This document shows positions 46,390 through 49,116 of a DNA stretch of 49,116 bases, one piece after another (positions within the stretch are counted from its first letter, which is position 1; each line of letters begins with the position of its first letter). This DNA is from Candidatus Bathyarchaeota archaeon. Its GTDB lineage: Archaea; Thermoproteota; Bathyarchaeia; TCS64; B23. The stretch covers positions 1 through 49,116 of the forward strand of contig JAPDJB010000010.1 of assembly GCA_029259285.1 (NCBI GenBank). The letters are read 5' to 3'. The notes beneath the pieces were generated by a model, which saw only the letters and a list, made by a program, of their open reading frames with translations, was not told where the DNA came from and did no database searches. Position numbers and translations under genes: made by a program.

Positions 46390-47286
46390 TTAATTTTTTT
46401 GATTTTCCCTGTTTTCGAAAAAACTGTCAGCCATTCTGCGAATGAAGAGATTGGTGAATGCCGTTAGATTCGTAATGTGAGGCTGGACGGTTTTAATTAG
46501 CTCCAGTTTTTTGCTTTCGATACCAGAATAAAATGGTCTGATTCTTTCTGAAAACTCACCCTTCCCTTTCGACGCTTTGTAGCCTGTAACTATTGCATGA
46601 AGGGCGTTGATCATGCACCAGATTCTGAACAGATCCCTCATATCGCCAAGCCAGTGCTCAACCTTTCTTCCAACTTCTGCAGCTTTTCTGCACCCAATAC
46701 TGCAGGGATAGAATCCAGAGGTGAAGAATTGCGGCAGGGAAATAACTTCTGACTTTACAAAGGCGTCAAGAACGTCATCGAACAGTCCGCTCTCTATGCC
46801 CTCCAGTATCACCCTGCTCTCAGCAGGGAGGGAGGATTTATCTCTCTTGCTTCTAATGTAGCTTTCAGTGCAGCATTCCGGATATCCGAGCATTTTGCCC
46901 TCGATCCTTACCAGCCGTTCTCTTGCCTCTTCAAAGTCCACTGATCTATTCAAAGCTCTCATTTCAATTTCCCTCATCACATCGAACTCTCTCTCGCAGT
47001 CTCTGTGAACAAAAAACTGAATGTCAGGTGAGATCGTGGGCTTGCTTAAAATCCTGTTGATAAAAGCTATGTAAGGGTGAACCTTCAGCCCGCCGTTTAC
47101 AACCATCCTGTACTCTCTTGTGTTTTTCAGATGTTCAAGGATCTTGCTCTCGACTCTTTCCACGTTATTTGCCCTCAGCTCTTGTAAAACAAACTGCGAA
47201 GTAAATACCTGCTGGGGAAGCACACATTTAGCCACACCGCACTTTACTCTGGAGATCTCAAAAAACAGAACGGGATTTTCAAGCAT
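46390..47286 (-). CDS. hypothetical protein, DUF483-like (GYPECC motif)
   Basis: 298 aa Cys-containing protein (GYPECCTESY, YPCSIGC). The family call is from memory only. Confidence 0.45.
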   Translation of the reverse strand: MLENPVLFFEISRVKCGVAKCVLPQQVFTSQFVLQELRANNVERVESKILEHLKNTREYRMVVNGGLKVHPYIAFINRILSKPTISPDIQFFVHRDCEREFDVMREIEMRALNRSVDFEEARERLVRIEGKMLGYPECCTESYIRSKRDKSSLPAESRVILEGIESGLFDDVLDAFVKSEVISLPQFFTSGFYPCSIGCRKAAEVGRKVEHWLGDMRDLFRIWCMINALHAIVTGYKASKGKGEFSERIRPFYSGIESKKLELIKTVQPHITNLTAFTNLFIRRMADSFFENRENQKN

Positions 47287-47304
47287 AAAATAAAGAAAAA
47301 ACGT

Positions 47305-47538
47305 TTAACCTTCAGCCCTCTTCTTTTCAAGCTCCTCGATATGCTCCTTTGTCGAAACGTAGGTTGTGGAGCCAGAGGACCAGTATCCGGCTACACCCTC
47401 CTCAATAAGATCCTGCACGATCTTTCTTACAACCTTCTTGTCCATCTTCAGTATCTTTGCCAGTTCGGGTATTTTCCATGTCTTCTTTCCAAGCTGGCTA
47501 AGAACCTTCTGCTTGTCCTCCTCAGTATATTCCACCAT
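47305..47538 (-). CDS. dsrD: dissimilatory sulfite reductase-associated protein DsrD
   Basis: 77 aa winged-helix protein. Conserved segments are K.WKIPELAK and YWSSGSTTY. It lies directly downstream of dsrB, with GGTGA 7 nt upstream of the ATG. Confidence 0.85.
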   Translation of the reverse strand: MVEYTEEDKQKVLSQLGKKTWKIPELAKILKMDKKVVRKIVQDLIEEGVAGYWSSGSTTYVSTKEHIEELEKKRAEG

Positions 47539-47580
47539 TTTAGGTCACCTTAAAAAATTTTGAAAGAGTGTTTATAAGCT

Positions 47581-48678
47581 CTACCATCTGAACTGGGTTG
47601 TTGCTCTGAACTCGCTGTAGAAGTACGGCGTGATTCTGTAGTCGTCGATCAGGTGGGCAGTGAACTCAAGTCCGGTGAGTTCGAAGAACCTCTCCCAGCC
47701 GATCCTGTCAACCCACTCGATCAGTCTCTCGTGCTTGTTCGCATTGGCAGCCCAGGTCTCAAGAATTGTCTTGATGTACTTGACGAGTGTTGGCCACCTT
47801 GGCGGCTCGTTCGGTACCCACGGAACCACGACCTTTGAAAGCTCTGGCACACGGCGAGCATCTGAAACTTTACCTCCGACAAGGATTGCTGCTCCATCGT
47901 TTTCAGGATCGAACAGCGGCATTCCGGGGCACATTGTGTAGCAGTTGCCGCAGTACATGCACTTCTCAACATCGACCTTGATGGTCTTGTTCTTCATATC
48001 CGGCTTCAAAGCTCCAGTGGGACATGCTGCAACTGTTGACGGGATCTCACATGTTCTTCTCACGGCATCATCGTCAACGAGCGGTGGGGTTCTGTGAATA
48101 CCGACAATTGAGATGTCTGAAGCGTGAACAGCTCCGCACATGTTCGCACAGCATGCAAGGCTGATCCTGCACATCGCAGGTAGCTTGTGGTCTGTGAAGT
48201 AGTCGTAGAGTTCGTCCATGATTGACTTGACTATACCAGATGCGTCGATAGCTGGGGTGTGGCAGTGGACCCATCCCTGGGTGTGGACGATGTTTGTAAG
48301 GCCGTATTCTCCCTTACTGGCATCCCATGTACCACCGCACGGGAAGCCAACCCTCTCCCGCACTTCGTTTATCAGCTCGTCGATCTTGCTCTCATCGGTT
48401 ACGAAGAACTCAACGTTGTTTCTGCTCGTCCATCTCAGGTATCCATCAGAGTACTTGTCCGCAATATCACACAGCTCTTTCACGGTGTAGATGCTAACAA
48501 GTCTTGGAGTTCCGAATCTCACGACATAGATGACGTCTCCACTCTCCGCAACTCTCTTGATGACTCCTGGCTTCACAACTTCGTGGTACTTCCACTTTCC
48601 ATAGTTCTTCGCTATTACGGGATGAAGCAGGTCTCTAAAATATGGTGGTCCGAAATCCGTCTTAATATCGCCAAACAT
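47581..48678 (-). CDS. dsrB: dissimilatory sulfite reductase beta subunit
   Basis: 365 aa. Sirohaem/FeS cysteine clusters ([20 protein letters not shown]) and a ferredoxin-like insert ([18 protein letters not shown]) are present. It is adjacent to dsrA with no gap. Confidence 0.9.
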   Translation of the reverse strand: MFGDIKTDFGPPYFRDLLHPVIAKNYGKWKYHEVVKPGVIKRVAESGDVIYVVRFGTPRLVSIYTVKELCDIADKYSDGYLRWTSRNNVEFFVTDESKIDELINEVRERVGFPCGGTWDASKGEYGLTNIVHTQGWVHCHTPAIDASGIVKSIMDELYDYFTDHKLPAMCRISLACCANMCGAVHASDISIVGIHRTPPLVDDDAVRRTCEIPSTVAACPTGALKPDMKNKTIKVDVEKCMYCGNCYTMCPGMPLFDPENDGAAILVGGKVSDARRVPELSKVVVPWVPNEPPRWPTLVKYIKTILETWAANANKHERLIEWVDRIGWERFFELTGLEFTAHLIDDYRITPYFYSEFRATTQFRW

Positions 48679-49116
48679 TTAGAACAACCCCCTCTTCTTC
48701 AACTCTTCAATATACGGCGATGGCTTCAGCTCCTCCTTCTCGAAGAACATGAACGGGTTGTTTCTCGGTGTTCTCACCATTCTGACATCTGCCTCTCTGC
48801 CGATGACCTTGAGGAACTCCTTCATTCCCTTTCTCCAGATCAGCTCTCCAACTCTCTCTCTGAACTTTCCTTCCTCGTCCCACCAGTCCCAGATCGCCTC
48901 AAGCATCTCCTTGATCTCGTCGTACGGCTTCTTTATCTCGATGAATGGCACTGCGACCCATCCAATGGTAGCACCCTCAACGAAGGGTGCCTTAGCACCG
49001 ATGAGGATCGTAGCTCCCCTCTCGTCTCCCGGTTTGAGGGCTTTGGGCATCTTGTTTATACAGTGCATACATCTCACACAGTTCTTGTTGTCGATTGTCA
49101 GTTCCTTGCCGTCCCA
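48679..49116 (-). CDS. dsrA: dissimilatory sulfite reductase alpha subunit, C-terminal 145 codons (5' part is outside the window)
   Basis: The frame is open to the window edge: [48 protein letters not shown]...[22 protein letters not shown]. From memory this closely matches the Archaeoglobus fulgidus DsrA C-terminus. Confidence 0.9.
   Translation of the reverse strand, partial: WDGKELTIDNKNCVRCMHCINKMPKALKPGDERGATILIGAKAPFVEGATIGWVAVPFIEIKKPYDEIKEMLEAIWDWWDEEGKFRERVGELIWRKGMKEFLKVIGREADVRMVRTPRNNPFMFFEKEELKPSPYIEELKKRGLF

Noticed and set aside
1-49116. CRISPR arrays, rRNA genes, integrases/transposases or a prophage next to tRNA-Pro
   Set aside because: I found no regularly spaced direct repeats, no rRNA-like sequence and no recombinase motifs in any ORF. 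I also saw no second copy of the tRNA-Pro 3' half while reading the window. A by-eye scan of 49 kb cannot fully exclude short repeats.

Overview
Archaeal window that looks composite. Positions 1 to about 38.9 kb are a G+C-rich, gene-dense block of mostly housekeeping genes. These are Sec61-beta, an OB-fold SSB, both PolD subunits (DP2 1052-4459, DP1 10058-11527), GGGP synthase, an Elf1-like Zn-ribbon factor, NadE, HypF, DUF99, a PDCD5-like protein and YjbQ. Next come two convergent paralogous three-subunit molybdenum-hydroxylase operons (xanthine dehydrogenase/aldehyde oxidoreductase family) that meet at central MocA and XdhC maturation genes. The block continues with Tfx, a frame-broken MFS transporter, tRNA-Pro(CGG), pstSCAB-phoU, an FmdE-like protein, GNAT, NikR, TrpRS, HIT, an aldo-keto reductase, a methyltransferase and an M42 peptidase. 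Elf1 together with PolD suggests a non-crenarchaeal TACK-type archaeon (inference). Short AT-rich islands in this block encode orphan or HTH proteins. From about 40.05 kb to the end, composition, codon usage and gene content switch to an Archaeoglobus-type segment: Lrp, a CooC-like ATPase, an Fe-chelate-type ABC importer, a methyltransferase, a Nog1-like GTPase, ferredoxin, a DUF483-like protein, dsrD, dsrB and partial dsrA. An AT-rich, apparently 5'-truncated R-M-like ORF sits at the switch. The main second-look items are: (1) the junction, which is either an assembly chimera or a recent transfer of a dsr locus; (2) a 141-nt highly structured imperfect palindrome in a roughly 640-bp gene-free gap beside tRNA-Pro; (3) an AT-rich orphan gene with an A8 -1 frameshift site; (4) two further single-base frame disruptions; (5) several operator-like repeats. 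I recognised no CRISPR array, rRNA, integrase or transposase. All family calls come from motif recognition by eye and no searches were run.
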